A stretch of 64,000 nt of DNA, taken from contig CM074814.1 of assembly GCA_037447605.1 (NCBI GenBank), forward strand, positions 1,550,001 to 1,614,000, given 5' to 3'. The first letter of the stretch is position 1. Every line of letters starts with the position of its first letter. Below the pieces are notes generated by a model. It made no database searches. It had not been told where the DNA came from and saw only the letters and a list, made by a program, of their open reading frames with translations. The translations under genes were made by a program, and so were the position numbers. Source of the stretch: Zygnema circumcarinatum SAG 698-1b. Lineage: Eukaryota; Plantae; Zygnematophyceae. Below, piece after piece: positions 10,779-24,692 of the stretch.

Positions 10779-13700
10779 GGAGAGTTGCGGGGATCGAAAT
10801 AGCGCTGAAATTGCTATTGGAACCACTTGAACGTTGTGAAATAAAGGATAAGATGGCTTGCGGCTCAATCAAGACCTGTAAGCAGCACCAGAAAAAAAAT
10901 TCAAGCCTCCATGAGCCTTACTTGTTTGACAAGACCTGGATTCAAATTCAAATTGCTACGGCTGTTCGTTTTGGTCATAGAGAACTAGGCAGGCAACAAT
11001 AAAACCCTCCTTCTAATCTGTATGAAGGTCAAAATCAGAATAATATAGCCAGCGATTTGTCGAATAAGGAAATGCGACCAGTTATGACCGGCTAGCAATA
11101 ATTGGTAATTGTGGACCAAAGTGAACAACACAGAAATACCAATTGCAGGCAAAGGCTCAAGCACACAGATGAAGACACACAGGGCATAGGAGGACAGATT
11201 GAAGGTTTCTTCCCGTGACGTCGAGATGCCATAAGGAGCCTTGCCATGCAGTAGAGACGAGTGGTTAAGTTAACGCTACTTCAACACGCTTCCTAGCTTG
11301 TGACTAGATTGACAATATACACCTTTCTTGGTAAAACAAAGGCTACGGGAAAATGATGGAGAGATATAGAGAATAGCATGTCGTGCGGCTTATTACTCGA
11401 AAAGTTTGTCATGTCAGAGCGAGATGGAATACCGCAGTATTACAGCATTGTCTGCGCTACCATGAAGAAATCTTCAAAAAGTATAGTGAGGACGAACTAG
11501 TGCCAGCTGTCAAACATCTTTCATCATTACGTGAGCATGCAGCAAGTTTCGACAAAAAATGCACAATCCTCAATTTTCTTGCACTCCATATTCACTTAGG
11601 CACATGGCCAATAGGAGGAAATATCGGGTAGCTGGTCACGTCAGGCGAGCTTCCTGGAGCTGACCTTACGTTTAGTTATATCTGGGGACCTCAAGTCAGC
11701 GTTAAGTTCTAAAAAGCAACCATAAGATGTTACTTAAGAAAGGCGCGCTTCAGTAGCTCATCCCCACTCTAATAGTTCCCCATGTACTGAAAACTTCGAC
11801 CTTTTCGGAACCTTGGAGAAGGCTCTACGAATCTCCTTGATAGACTGACAACTAGAAAATGGACAGAGTGGACCCTGCCATGCACGATTGAAAGAAGCTC
11901 CCATTACTGCCTGCCATAGCAGCAACGCAGACCCCTTAAAGGAAGTTTTTAATTGTTTTGATTGAGATACAGAGAGTAGAAACAGGCATACATTTACAAT
12001 GCGAGCAGGGTAATGATCACCGCTTCGAATGCAAATAAATTAAAGCAAGAAGCTGGTAAAGGTTGAATCCCATGCAAGCCTTGGCAAGCAAAATAAATTC
12101 AGTCATGTTTGAACCAGAGGTGCCAGCAGCAGGCAGGTACCAAATCAGGTCAGTCAGTCACAACTCTTCTCCAATTAATTAAATCTCTCAAGCCTTCTCC
12201 GCCTTCCACAGCCTGCTGCCGGATTGCTCCTTCCCTCCCACTCCTTCCTCCTCTCCCCCCCTCTCTCCCCTCGACCCGGAGATCACCAACAAGCCACGTG
12301 CCAGCTTGCCGCTCTTACTCCACTCCGTGACAGAAGCTCTCTCCTCCTCCTCCTCCGCCCTCCTCCCCCCCCCGTCTGACACGTGGCACGAGCTGCTTGC
12401 TGCACGCCCGTGCAGGAGCCACCTCCTGCAAGGCCTCGGCTTGCCAAGGAGCGGCGGTAGCAGACCGGCAGGCGAGCGCCCGCTCCAGGATGGCCGGGGC
12501 CGTACCGGTATCGCCGGCGGCCGGCAGCACACGCCGGCCCGGCCGCGGGGAGTCGCCGGCCGTCGGCCGTACGGCCACGGCCGGAATCCCGCGGTCCTCC
12601 GCCGCCAGCCTGGGCCGTACGGCAGACAGCTGCCTACGTCAGCCGGCAGCAGCTGTTCTTGCTTTGGGGCAGAGAGGCAAGAGATTGCCGTATCGTCTTA
12701 TCGTATCGCCCACCGATATATACCGCGATACAGCAGCCGCGCGTCTGTCTGCCGCCCATTACCTAGCGCCGTACGCCCGAACGGTGAGGGCTTCGTCACG
12801 TCACGCGCTAAAGCGCGTCGCGCCGACATCGGCGAGCCCACATGGGACGCTCCTACTGATTATCACCATTTTCGAATGCTTGAGAACAACCATGCATTCG
12901 AAATGCAACAAATATGGGAGTGTGCGCAGACAACGCAGTCATTTGCAACATGGAAATCAAAGAAATAAAACTAGCTTCATGAACGGAAACCACATGGATT
13001 AAGTACAGCCTGCGATTGCTTGCCAAGAAAGAAAAGGAGCTTCATGATCCAGGATTTTTTCTCGGGGGGGGGAGGCTATCCCTCCTTCAATAAAGAAAAG
13101 TTGGCCCGACTTGTATATCTCGGTCCGCCACTGGATGGGAAGGCAGTTCTAAGCTGAATACATTTTGCAAATGCTTGCAAAGGAAGCCAGCTAACTTAAA
13201 AAAAAGTGAGAGTACATGCTGAAAAGGCAGTTATAAAATATAATGTACAGCGTGCGGACAAGAAAATCAATTTCGGTACAGCATACACAAGCTTGCAAAG
13301 ATGACACGGGCTGAGTGAGGGGTGAGGTGACGGCATGGCGCAGTCTTCAAACGTTGACTCGGTGATGCTTCCACGCAGTGAGGTACGAGCGCAGGGGAGC
13401 AGCGTCACATAGTGAAAAGGAAAAGAACGCGCATACTTAGAGTGGAAGCGGAAGCCGCTGGCGAGAGAGAGAGGGCAGAGCGGAGAGAGCGCAGGAGAAG
13501 AAGAGAGTACGGACCTTTCGCACGGCTATGTACGGAGAAAACTTAATGAAGAAGGCGTTTACCTACGATCAACGCATGGCCTGCGCGGCCGCCTCCTGAA
13601 AGAAGGCGCACCGGTACCTGCGAAGAGCGCTGCGGGGCTCTCCTCCCCTCCCCTCCGCTCCGGACAAGGGCTCGGCCTACACTGCCCTGCGCCGCGGGAC

Positions 13701-14173
13701 TAAGCCCCCGTGCGGGCACCCGCCCGGAACATTTCGCGCTGACCGACCGCAGGTGCCTGCCAGCCAGGTGGGCGGGCAGGCAGGCAGGCAGGCAGGCAGG
13801 CGAGACTCGCGTACCGTGCGTCGATTCCGTCGCCGCGGGCGGCCGGGACGTCGTCCGCCCCTCTCAGCGGCAATTCGCTGACCGTACGACCGACCGTGTC
13901 GCTCAATTCCAACGGTCGTACGGCCGGTCAAAAAGTGTTTCAAAACTCTGAAACTTTTAGATATTAGAACGTTCTAATTCTGAAATCTAAAACTCTACAA
14001 GTCCCTTGTACGGAGCACTTGCCATCCCCACCCGGGAGTCGGACGCAGCTAGCCGCTAGGGCTCAAGATGGCCCGCGCAGCTGTGGTCCGTACCACGGAG
14101 CTGCTGCTTCCTGCAGTTCAAAAGTCGCCCCAAGCAAGCAGGCAAGCAATGCTGGCCAAGGTTGATCTGCTGA

Positions 14174-14208
<35 letters not shown>

Positions 14209-15063
14209 GTGAGGATCCACCACGATCTGGCTGGCGGTGATCCATCATCCAACCCTCCCTCGGGTGGACCGCCTGCCGTCCGTCCGTCCGCCAGCGGTTC
14301 GTTCGGTCGCGGGCGGATTCGGGCCCTGCCTGCCTGCCGACAGCGCGCCATGACGCAGCGGCCGGGACGCGACACGTGGCATGTGCTGATCAATAGCGTC
14401 ACGGGCTGTCATGCCTTGGACGTTTCCTGTGCGACACGTGTAGCCTTTGTACGGTACGGTCCGTACCCCGCACCTCAGCTCTTGCAGAGCCGCCCGCTGC
14501 CGTATAGTCGTTTTGTCGCTTAGTAAACTTCCAAACGAACTCGTAGCTGATCCAAGTAGCTTTCGTGCCGGCCGCCCTCCAGCCGGCCGCCGGCTAAATA
14601 TCGGTTGGCCGCCGCCAAATCGATTCCAACATCGATCCGAGATATATCGATTCAAAGTTTATCGTTTCGTATCGTTCGTATTGTTTGACTCAATTTTCCA
14701 ATACGATATACCGGCGTGGTCTCCAATACGAACAGGCAGGCAGGCGGAGGTTTTTTCCCTCTCCCTCGTCGACATCGCTTGGAGCGGAGGAGAGCGGAGG
14801 GAGGGGGGGGGGAGGACGGGAGGAGGAGGAGGAGGAGAGGGCGATGCCCGCCGGCGCGCTCTGTCCGCGTTCTCGGCGCTGCTCGATATTGTGCTCAAGC
14901 AAGCCAGGTAAGTTCCTCACATTTTCCTGAACAATAGAAAATTCTGGATTCGTTGAACCGGGAGGTTGCTATGTTGATACGCTCTTGCGCGCTGGACGGT
15001 TTGGTACTGCCAAGTGAAAGCTTGTCCTCATAGAAATTTCTGTTGGGAAGGGGAATCGCAGCC

Positions 15064-17691
15064 ATGGCGCGTGTACGGAGGCGCATGATTTGTATCTGTG
15101 CACTGCTAGCTTTTCTTCATGCGGTTCTCCCTGCCGTTGGAGATGACCGCCTCATTGGCTGGCAAGGCCAAACGTGAGAATTAGTAACCTCCCTCACATC
15201 TCGTAAGCTAAGTCTAGAACACTGAAAACAAATTTTGCATCACATCACCATATTGGATGCAGCGGCCACTGAAGAATGGAGGGGCCACTCCAGTTGGTTT
15301 AGAGACGCAATCTTCGCATAGGCTGTCCAATTTTAAATTGCTAGAGCCAAGCATGCCTTCTCGTCTGGCGAGAGGACACAAAGATTGTTCGGAAAGGAAC
15401 AGGTTTTGCGAGACGGTTATGGAGGCTTAAGTTTTCCGCGTTGCACATAGTATTGAAGGATATAGCTATTCGGTCCTTCCTGGCAGGAAGCCCTTGAAAC
15501 GCAGCAGTGGGGTGTGCGGCTCGTCTGTGCATCTGCAGTTATTTTTCTGCACCTGGTAGTCTTCGGGGCGGAATTGACCACATGAAAGAGGTTGCAACTT
15601 CGCCGTGGATGGAGGTCCTTTCCTGGTCGCCTCGTGCATTCGTTTTCCACAACTTCCTGGTATGATTTGTAGCTTTTTGTTACTGAAAGCTCAGGATTCA
15701 AGAATAGGAGAAGTGGACTACGAGCGAGATAAGTTGTGCTTCTCTGCCACTGGAGCTATAAGCTGTAGAATGTTCTCCTATGGCCCATGCAGAAGATGCT
15801 TGCACAGCACTTGGAGTCTGACACATTTTGCCACGGGATAAGGACTGTTGCAAAAGGTTTACATGCGTTTTTGTGATGATTGTTTTTTTTTTTTTTTAAG
15901 CGTAGGGTTCCGTTAAAAGAAAATATCTCTATTGAGAACCTTGCAGTCATGGTCCTGCGAGAGTTCACATGGTACTGCGCCAACAAAGAGCAGCTGTATT
16001 TGTGACTTTTCTTGCTTGTTTCCTTGCCCTTATTCCATGCTTTGCTGGAAAGCAAACATTAATAGAAGAAAATGCTATTCCTATCGTGGTTGGTAAGGCT
16101 GCAGACTCCAAAGGAGTGCCTCTATCTTATACATCAAGCGGCACCATCCATGGTCAAGTCTACTGTGGTGGATTCAGCCACTGGTGGTAGTAAGGATAGC
16201 AGGCATGTACTCGAACCTGTGATATTGCGAGTGCAGGTCTATGTATATAAAACGAAACATCTTCTATATGCCTGTATTTTTTGAACAAGACAAGACAATT
16301 TGACTCTTTTTTGTGCTCTAGCTGTCAGTTACCAACAAAAGAATGCAGCAGATCTTTCATTGCTGTTTTCACCTTATCTTGAGTCATCGCTGCTCTGATT
16401 GGTTGTGAGCAGAGTTCGCACTTCCTCGGGCACCTTTTTGCGGCGAGGACAGGATGACGTAATCAGTCGAATTGAAAAGCGCATTGCGGACTATACCTTC
16501 ATTCCTGCTTGTGAGACGCCCTTCATTTGAAAGGGGGCCCAGTAGACAGATAGGATTGATGGCTCCGCTTCTTTCTTCTACTAAAGAAATGAAGCTTAGT
16601 TTGGGCCCACTTATCATTTTGATGCCCCACCTTCAGTGTGTAAGCAAAAGGAAATGAAACCAAGGGAGGTTGTAGTCTGCTTCTAGGATTGCACTCCGTG
16701 TCGTCGTTGGAATTGAGAAGCATCTTGGAAGTGTTCGATTCAGAACAATCTCCATATGCCGTGGAGTTGAGTCAGTAAGGGAAAGCTTAAAGGCCAAACC
16801 GCCGTATCCTAGAAGGTGCGGATGCGATGCATGAACTGGGAAAGGCAAAAGTAGTGCGCTAATCTTGCTGGTAAGTCTTGTAGTCGAGCATCTCATGTGT
16901 AGAAGTATTGATATTCCTATTCTTCCATCTGGGATGGTGGATGCCAAGTGCAGCTCATGGAGAGGGCTTTCAGGTCCTTCACTATCAGAAGGGTCAGAAG
17001 TATGAAGCGCATTACGATTACTTTCACGATACAATCAATACCCGCAATGGAGGGCAGCGAATAGCTACTCTCCTTATGTACCTTTCTGATGTCGAAGAAG
17101 GAGGAGAGACCGTGTTTCCTGCAGCAGATGCCAACCCCAACACCCCCGGATGGAATGAAATGTCGGAGTGTGGAAAGGGAGGGGTTGCAGTGCGTCCGAA
17201 ACGGGGTGATGCTCTGCTGTTTTGGAGTTTAAAACCGGACGCTACACTCGACCCAAAGAGTCTGCATGGTCGGTTACCTTCGGGGAAAGGGAGCTGTATG
17301 CTGGGTTTTTGCAATGATTCATGATACTGATCGAAAGGTTCTGAATGTACGGTACTGTTTGGAAGATGGACTCTGTTGCATTGTATGCGATTGAAAGACG
17401 GAAGGGAGCTTGAAATGTGTCCAGTTAAGTTGGGAAATACTGACGGTATGAAGTTAGGCTTGCTAAACTGATACGGTTTAGGTGGTCCCTTTTGCTGTCA
17501 TTTCGTATGAGAGTCGGCTGCCACTTTTTACAAAGGATATGCACCTGTGGTCTCAGCCCTGCAACTTTCTACTGCGTCATGCCTTTAACTGTCCGCTTGC
17601 TTTGTCCTGCTTATGTGCAGCGGGCTGCCCAGTAATTCGAGGCAACAAGTGGTCAGCTACAAAGTGGATGCGTGTGCAGAGTTACGGCTAA
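15064..17691 (+). CDS. P4H: Prolyl 4-hydroxylase (2OG-Fe(II) dioxygenase, plant P4H)
   Basis: Exons 15064-15173, 15539-15659, 16105-16202, 16413-16510, 16954-17268 and 17621-17691. Motifs: signal anchor plus LIGWQG, EVLSWSPRAFVFHNFL, VRTSSGTFL, YEAHYDYF (HxD), GGETVFP, SLHAGCPVIRGNKWSATKW. Confidence 0.95.
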
Positions 17692-18279
17692 TTGTGATTG
17701 GAATCTCCATTTGCGTGGCTGGAAGGTCATCACCGGTCAGTAGGAACAGGCTGCAGGTGGCAGGTGAGGGGCAGATGGGAGCTCAGCTATCTGCCCCATC
17801 GTAGAGCTCACTTGAGCATGGTCATCGGCACGGTTACATCAGCCACGACTTATTACATTTGTGATTTAACAGCAGCGCAGGACAGAGCTTTGTTTTCTTT
17901 TCGGCATTGTTCAGGCAAACCGCATTGATTAGTTAAAGATATGGAGTCTATGAAATTAGCTACTACACAAGTTTCCATGTAGAAACTCGTCAGCTTGTTC
18001 TGCAGTGTCAATTGCTTATTTTTTTTATGGGTTTAATGAGTTGTAACCATTGCTCCTTTGCAAACCTTGATGGTACATTTCGGTGGGTTGACCATTCTTT
18101 TGAATCAATGAGGTGTGTGTACATTTAGCTTCTTCGGCCTCGCGTCTATCCTCTACGTGTGGTGTTTTACAGGCACTGTCTATTCCGTCAGTTTGACAAG
18201 TGGAACAAGAAAAACTATCCAGAATCTTGAGAAAACATAACCTACAAAAATGGCATTGTATGGTATGGGCTCTAAAGCG

Positions 18280-19835
18280 TCATGTCCAACGTGAAATTGC
18301 ATTCAATCTGCAAATGACAACGTGCGCTACAAGTTCCAGCGTTTTCAAAAGACCCAGGATATGAGCATAAGCCAGACCAGCACCCACTAATAGAAAACCG
18401 ATGACTTCTAGGGTTGCCTTTAAAATCTTCTGATTGGTGGGTGCTGTCCTGGCCTCCTGTCAGTATCCTAGCTCGCCATAAAACCATTTTGACAATGCAG
18501 GGATGTGGCAATGCAAGCGCCATATAGCGCAAGTAAAGTCGTTGATAGAGTCGTGGTTGAATCACATACAGCAGTGCAAATGAATGGATAGTCTTCGGCT
18601 TTCATCCCCTTTCAACTATTTTGCACAGGCAAATAGTTGAAGTTCGGAGGTTTCAAAACCCAGGCGAGGCAACTGATTAGAACACTTCGAACATGAAAAT
18701 TAGATTTCCACTCATAACTTTTTTCTTTTCTCCCTAGGTCCCTTGTAAACAGTTCCTCGTGGTTCACCATGATGATTTTTTTTATGTACAGTTGATGGCA
18801 TTGCCATCGTGAGATCAATGCCCATCATTTCCTTGAACACGAAAACGCAGCCTGAGAGATTTTGAGACAGTAACAAGGGATGTCAGTACAAGCTGTGCAT
18901 AGAAGTCAGAGAGGTTCTCATAAAAACCACTGCACCGTTCCATGTCCATGCCCGTTCCAAATGTAGGCATAAAAAGCAAAGGGAAGAGACCTCGCACAAA
19001 AGGAAGACGACTAAAAAATACACAATAGACAATGAATCGGGTTGTTGATTGAAAATTTTGAAGACCGGTAATGAACAGCTTCTAGAAGTGCAAATTCTGT
19101 ATTTCGACTCCAAGAAGTTGAAAAAAAGTCTCATCTGAGCAACGGCTGTACAATGAATGCAGTGACTGCTACTGACCTGCTTCCCACAAATGCGAGGAGA
19201 GGAATCTCAACCACACTATACAAATGACAAATGCTTTATGGAAAGGCCCTCGGGTTCATTCCCCCATTTTAAAGGGCCTGAGAGCTGAGCCGGAGCCTCA
19301 TCCGTGCTCCTGAAAATCAATTGTAGGCGGAAACTCGACGTCTTCAATCTTATACACGTAATGTTATGTTACTAATAGCCTTCAAAAGAACAGGTACTGG
19401 ATTGCCATGAATAAGCAGGAAAATACTGCAGTCCATGAAGGAACCACTTTGTCGTTTCTCCAGTGCGGCTCATAGTGCAAAGGTAGCTCACCGAACTGTA
19501 CATTCAATGGTATGCCGTTGCCATCCTGCTCTCACCCAGCAGTAAACATCACTTTCAGTTCAGAGGGACAGAGAGACAGAAGTAGGAACATAGAATATGA
19601 AGAAACATAAACTTCAGAGATAACTGGCATTCCATCACCACCGCTATTAGGCTACTTGACTTCACGGTCTGTGACAACGACCAGCTACAGCACTGACTCC
19701 TTCGAAGATGCCCATAAGTGTTAGACAATTCAGCAGCGTCCACATTTGGCTAAAGATAGCAAAGCCTCCATAAAGCATCGCAAGCATAGAAACTCACCGG
19801 TTCAGGAACACAAGGCCTTTACATAGGATGGCCAT
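18280..19835 (-). CDS. Possible small multi-exon membrane protein gene (model incomplete)
   Basis: Several minus-strand donor/acceptor pairs (e.g. CCG|GTGAGT at 19798, TCG|GTGAGC near 19490, CAG|GTCAGT near 19177). A terminal 58-codon hydrophobic frame ends at 18280. I could not close a unique frame. Confidence 0.25.
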
Positions 19836-19949
19836 GCATAGCGTTCACAACTTCCTCATGGAAGGTACTCAAGAAAGTTGTTGCAGGCTTCCAAGGACGA
19901 GTCCGAGTTCGGATTATCCACAGATTCCTGGTTGTCATCCATACTCACT

Positions 19950-22900
19950 TCATTCCCCGCTCGATTCAACCTTGGCAGCTGCCGCAAGCCTTGCCCTCCT
20001 TTTGCTATTTGCTCTTACTTTCCTCATCCTACGATTATATTCCGCTGACCCTAAGGAAAGTGCCTCTAAAGTGAACCTGTTGGGAGGGCAGTTTTCTTCC
20101 TGAGAAAGAGCGTACATGGCCTGAAGCTTCACGAGGTTGCCTTGACGACCGTAGCCGTTCATCAGAGTAGTAAAAGTCACTGTATCCGGTGTGCAGTCTG
20201 CAGTCTTCATACTTTCATACATTGCTTCCATCCTCTCCAGCAAACCTACTCTGGCGTATGTATCCAACATAGAATTGTATGTATACTGCAAGATGAGCCA
20301 ATACAGAAACATGCAAACGGGTAAGTAACCCAAAAAATCTCCAGAAGCAATGGGACTGGAAAAAGCACGGTGGTTCACAAAATGAAAATGGAATCGGCAG
20401 TAGCCTTCAAGAACGTACAACAGATTCTTATCAGTAAGCAACAACCTCAAACTTGCTTCGAAAAACTCCATTGCTTACCACATTTAGTTTGCATCCTTTC
20501 AACTGTGCTAAATGCATGAGACTCTCCGCAGCTGAGACCTGCCGCTCCTTCCCGAGGTGGCTAATCAGTATGTTGAATGATGTGAGGTCGGGTTGCAGTC
20601 CATGACGTTGCATTCCCTGCATGATGCTCAGAACTCTAGTGGGTCGGCGAGCCTGAAAGTAAGCGACCAATAAAATGTTGAGCAAGGGAACGCTCGGCTG
20701 AAATCCTGCCTCAGCCAGTCTATCCAAAGCAGACTCAAATTCATGCCATGTCTCCCATTCAGTTTCTCCTGAAATAACTGAACGCCAAGCATCCTGTCAA
20801 AGACCACAGAAACACATCATTGATCTGTTAGTTCACAGTGCTTTGCGGCAAGCAGGTAAACAGAGGGTCAAGGAACATGACCTATGATGCTAAATTGCCA
20901 CCTTCCATTTGTACAAAAGTGAGGTAAGAAGATGGAAAGAAAATAAGGGTGAGGTTAAGAGTGCAACAAGAAAAGGAAAACTGTAACACTGCCGGCTCAG
21001 CTAGGGCCCCCTACGAGGCATTTTTGAAAGAGTATACGAAGCTTTTACCTACAAGTCAAGGGAGCGAGAGTGGACAAGAGACAAGCAGGATAGAACAATA
21101 GGGAAGAAAAGGGAGCAAGTGCTCCTTACCGGTTCTGGCCATTCTTCATCACTCTCATCTGGAAGCTTCCCCCAGAGTACTCCGGCGGGGCCCATGTTCT
21201 GTGCTGCAGAAAAAGCTTCAAACATTGCCGCATATATTTCCTCCTCAGACTGCCCTTTGTCCCTCCCTAGTTTCTCTATCAACTGCTCAACAGCCCTCAA
21301 CTTTGCTGCCGTCCCAGTCGCACTCACAACAGCAGCAAACATAACCAAGTCTGGCTTGAAACCCCTTGCCTGCATGGCAAGTAGTGTCTGCTCTGCCATG
21401 TTAAGCTGGTTTGCTTTCAAATATCCATTGAGACAACTAGTGAGTGTGAGGACGTCTGGTTGGATTCCAGCAGCAGCCATGTTCTTAAGAACAAGCTCCA
21501 TCTTTGCATAAGCACCTCGGCTTGCATAAACAGAGATCAGGGCGTTGTAACTTGTCTGCAGCCAATGGAAATATGCCATGTGCGATTAATCCGACAGTTG
21601 CTGATCATAACTGTCCCTAACTTAAATTCCAAGGACAACGATGCATTTCTGAAGACGGGATTGCTACGCGATGAATCATATATTTAAAAGTTCAGAACAA
21701 GCCAGAGATGCTGCCACACTGTCATGCATAAAACATTGAGGCGAATTTTATATCCATAAATACTGCATTCTCTATACCCTGTAGTTGCTTCCATTGTGAT
21801 GCCAAAATGTGGCCAAGTAGCTAAGACAAGGATAATGTATGTGATTCCAATTGAGCCAAAAAAAACTGTGGAAGAGTCTATACCAGGTCCAGTTGCACAC
21901 CACGGCGCAGCACACTCCCAAATAGCTGCTCTGCTGCAGCTAACTGGCCAACTTTGCTCAGTTCGAAGACCAGCCTTGTCAAGGTCACATTGGTCAAGGT
22001 GTGGCCAGAAAGGCGGCAAGACTGGATAAGGCTCCAAACCTTCGATAACTCTCCCTTGCTCAAAAAGCCACCAATTAGAGCGTTCCATGTGGCAGACGTA
22101 GGCAAGAAACCTGAGGCAAAAAGTTGCGTTGCTGCTGCTTCCATTTTCTCCCAGGGCCCTCGTCTTGCGTATATAAAAACCATTGCATTGCAACTAAGCT
22201 GTATAGGCAGCAAACAGCTTACAGACGAATTAAAACTCAGCTCATGTACACATGTCACAGCATTGTCTACTGATCTGCCGAAGGAATGAGATGGGAAGAT
22301 TCATAGAGACTGGAGAGTTGCGAAAGCAGGATACAATCTAACAATACCATTATGACCTAGATTACGCAACGAGAAGAAACAAAAACCAAACCAATACAGC
22401 GTAGTGCCTGTAGAGAACTGTAGGTCCTGAACCCTGTGTTATGCGCTTTACTACTGAGAAAAATGTTCAGAGTTATCCAAAAGTCATTAGTTAAACCCAC
22501 TAGACAGTATCGATACAAACAATTGCCAGGACGAGAAGGCTCTGCTTTTTGCACATTCCCTGCTCCCAGACGACTGCACTATTGAACCTTCACTCAAGCA
22601 AAAAGCAGCTGGCAAGAAACCTTCAACCATCAATTTTTAACCTTAAGCAAAGACAACCGTCTACGGAGAACACATCTACTCTCTAGGCCAAAAAAAAAAA
22701 AAACGAGGCACTCTTCTTGAACTGCGATGACCTCACGGAATACAAAAAATGCTGACACTCACCGCATCAGGTTTCCATCCTTCCATTTGCATTTCCTGAA
22801 AAAGGCGCTCTGCCTTTTCAACGTCCATACTTTTAACACAGAAGTCCAGAAAAATATGGTAGGATCTCTGATTCGGTCTACCCTCCGTCGCCCTTTTCAT

Positions 22901-24692
22901 TTCTTCAAATAAGTCTGCTGCCTCGCTGATCCATTTGCTCCGCAGAAAGGCCTTCAAAAGTGAATTGTATGCTTGCGTGTTAGGCAGGCAATCCATTGCT
23001 CGAAATAGCTGCTCAGCTTCTTTAGGTTGCTCGGCTATACCCATGATCAGGATCACCTTTGTGTGCCAACGAGGATGGGGAGTGTACCATTTCTGGCTCC
23101 GCATATTCTGCAGGACCTGGAATGAGAGCGTCCAAGTGATAGAAACATGAATCCATTGCACTACAGCGGCAAGCACTTCTGCACAGTAGCTTATTCTTCT
23201 GTTCGCTGGCCAGAAAAGCTCAACAAGACGAGATTCATCCTTTTGGATTTGCAGGAGGAGCTGAAATAACCGCTACAATTGCGGTAGAAAAAATAGGCCA
23301 GGCAAGTTGAATCTCTCGAAAAAAAATAGCACAAAAGCGGGGTAGTGCAATAGCTGGATGCAGGAACGAGCAGCAAATGTTGGAGCATAGCATGCTTTCA
23401 GATACCACAGAAGACTAAAATATATTATATTGCCCAGTTTGAAAGCCAGATAGATGAATTACATCACTGAATTGAGCCCGATAGGAAGTTCAATAATATC
23501 TCGCCAATTCAAATCGAATGACCAGATCTAACAGAAGAAAAAGTGGTGGAACTCAGATGCTGCCCTCGAGTTTAAATTTCGTGATTCTTGAGTTTAGGAC
23601 AAAACTATCAAGCTTACGATGCAGGTCAAGTACGGTTCAACCGAATAAGGTCAGCTTGATGTCCGATAAGGGGTGGGAAAATGTGAAAAGAAGTTTAGGA
23701 GTTTTGGGAGTCTTACTGTGGCTGCCGCAAAGTTCCACAGTACTAATGCAACAATGGCAATTCTTGCGCGTTTTATTGACAAGGGAAAACAATCGTGTCC
23801 ACTGAGGACCAAACGACCCCAGTGGCTTTACTGTGAGCATTAGTGTGGTGATTTTTAACATCCAACCCCGACTGCAAATGGAAAGGGCCTCCTCTGTTTG
23901 AAGGCCTCAATTCAATTCTGAGTTACACGAGACTAAGTCAGCAAACAGCACCTGAAGAGCAAGCTCCCATTGTGCCTCGTCTTCCAAAATGTCGAAGACA
24001 AACGCCCACAACCAATGCCGGTCCTCCAAAAGTAAATTTCCTCTAGCCATGGCCTCTGCTGCCCCTGATCCTCTCCTCTGCTCCGGAGGCATAGCCAGCA
24101 GTTCTCTCACCCACTCCCCTACTTTCTCCTTCCGGTCCTTTTCGTCTGAAGAAAGCCTTCTTGCTGTTCTCCTGCTCCCTGCTGAGCCATCCCATTGCAA
24201 ACTAGTTTGGCGCTGATAGCTCCTACTGCTACGAGGACCAAAATCAGCTTCAAGAGGGGAAAGCAGAAACCTCCTTGATTCCTCTGTAAGGTTCAAGCTT
24301 AGGGGCACCAATGAGTCTACGGTTTCAGACACTAGGCTTGGTGGAACGGTTTCAAGAATTTCGGCCTCACTGTCATTTACTATTGGTTCAGGTGAAGGTG
24401 GGCGAGGAGATCTGGCTTCTACATTCAGTTGCCCTTTCCCTCTACTCGGCATTCGTCCGTCCCAAGCATCTTCCTCTCTCCGTGCGGAACACTGATGTTG
24501 ACCATCCGAAGGCCTGCTGATTCTCCTAAACCTGTACGAGCAAGTCTCTTGCTTGAAGGCATGCAAGTCCGTAAAGCTCCTTCCAAAGGGCTGCGGAAAC
24601 GTGATCGGCGAAAGCCGCACCACTCCAACGCTCTTCCTCGGCAGAATGCAGCGCACATTCAGAGCATAAACATCCGCACACTGCAATCCCAT
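19950..24692 (-). CDS. P-class pentatricopeptide repeat protein, probably organelle-targeted
   Basis: The first exon (24692-23952) is transit-peptide-like. Later exons carry PPR motifs such as NTQAYNSLLKAFLR, ATWNALIGGFLSKG, SYNALISVYASRG, DLTSFNILISHLGK and DTVTFTTLMNGYGRQG. Confidence 0.9.

Noticed and set aside
11383-11631. Cyclin C-terminal-like fragment (WNTAVLQH...FKKYS)
   Set aside because: The resemblance is only a few residues, with no cyclin box or supporting exons nearby.
6121-11786. Shared 13-mer agttccccatgta at about 6121 and 11774
   Set aside because: 13-mer matches are expected by chance in 64 kb, and the flanks do not align.
12188-14930. Many overlapping 70-220 aa GC-rich ORFs
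   Set aside because: They have no domain signal or consistent splice model, as expected for stop-poor CpG-rich promoter/UTR DNA.
15969-16104. Signal-peptide-like ORF (MVLRQQRAAVFVTFLACFLALIPCFAG) as an alternative P4H first exon
   Set aside because: It runs out of frame into exon 3 and has no usable donor at a workable distance. It is probably chance in a T-rich intron.
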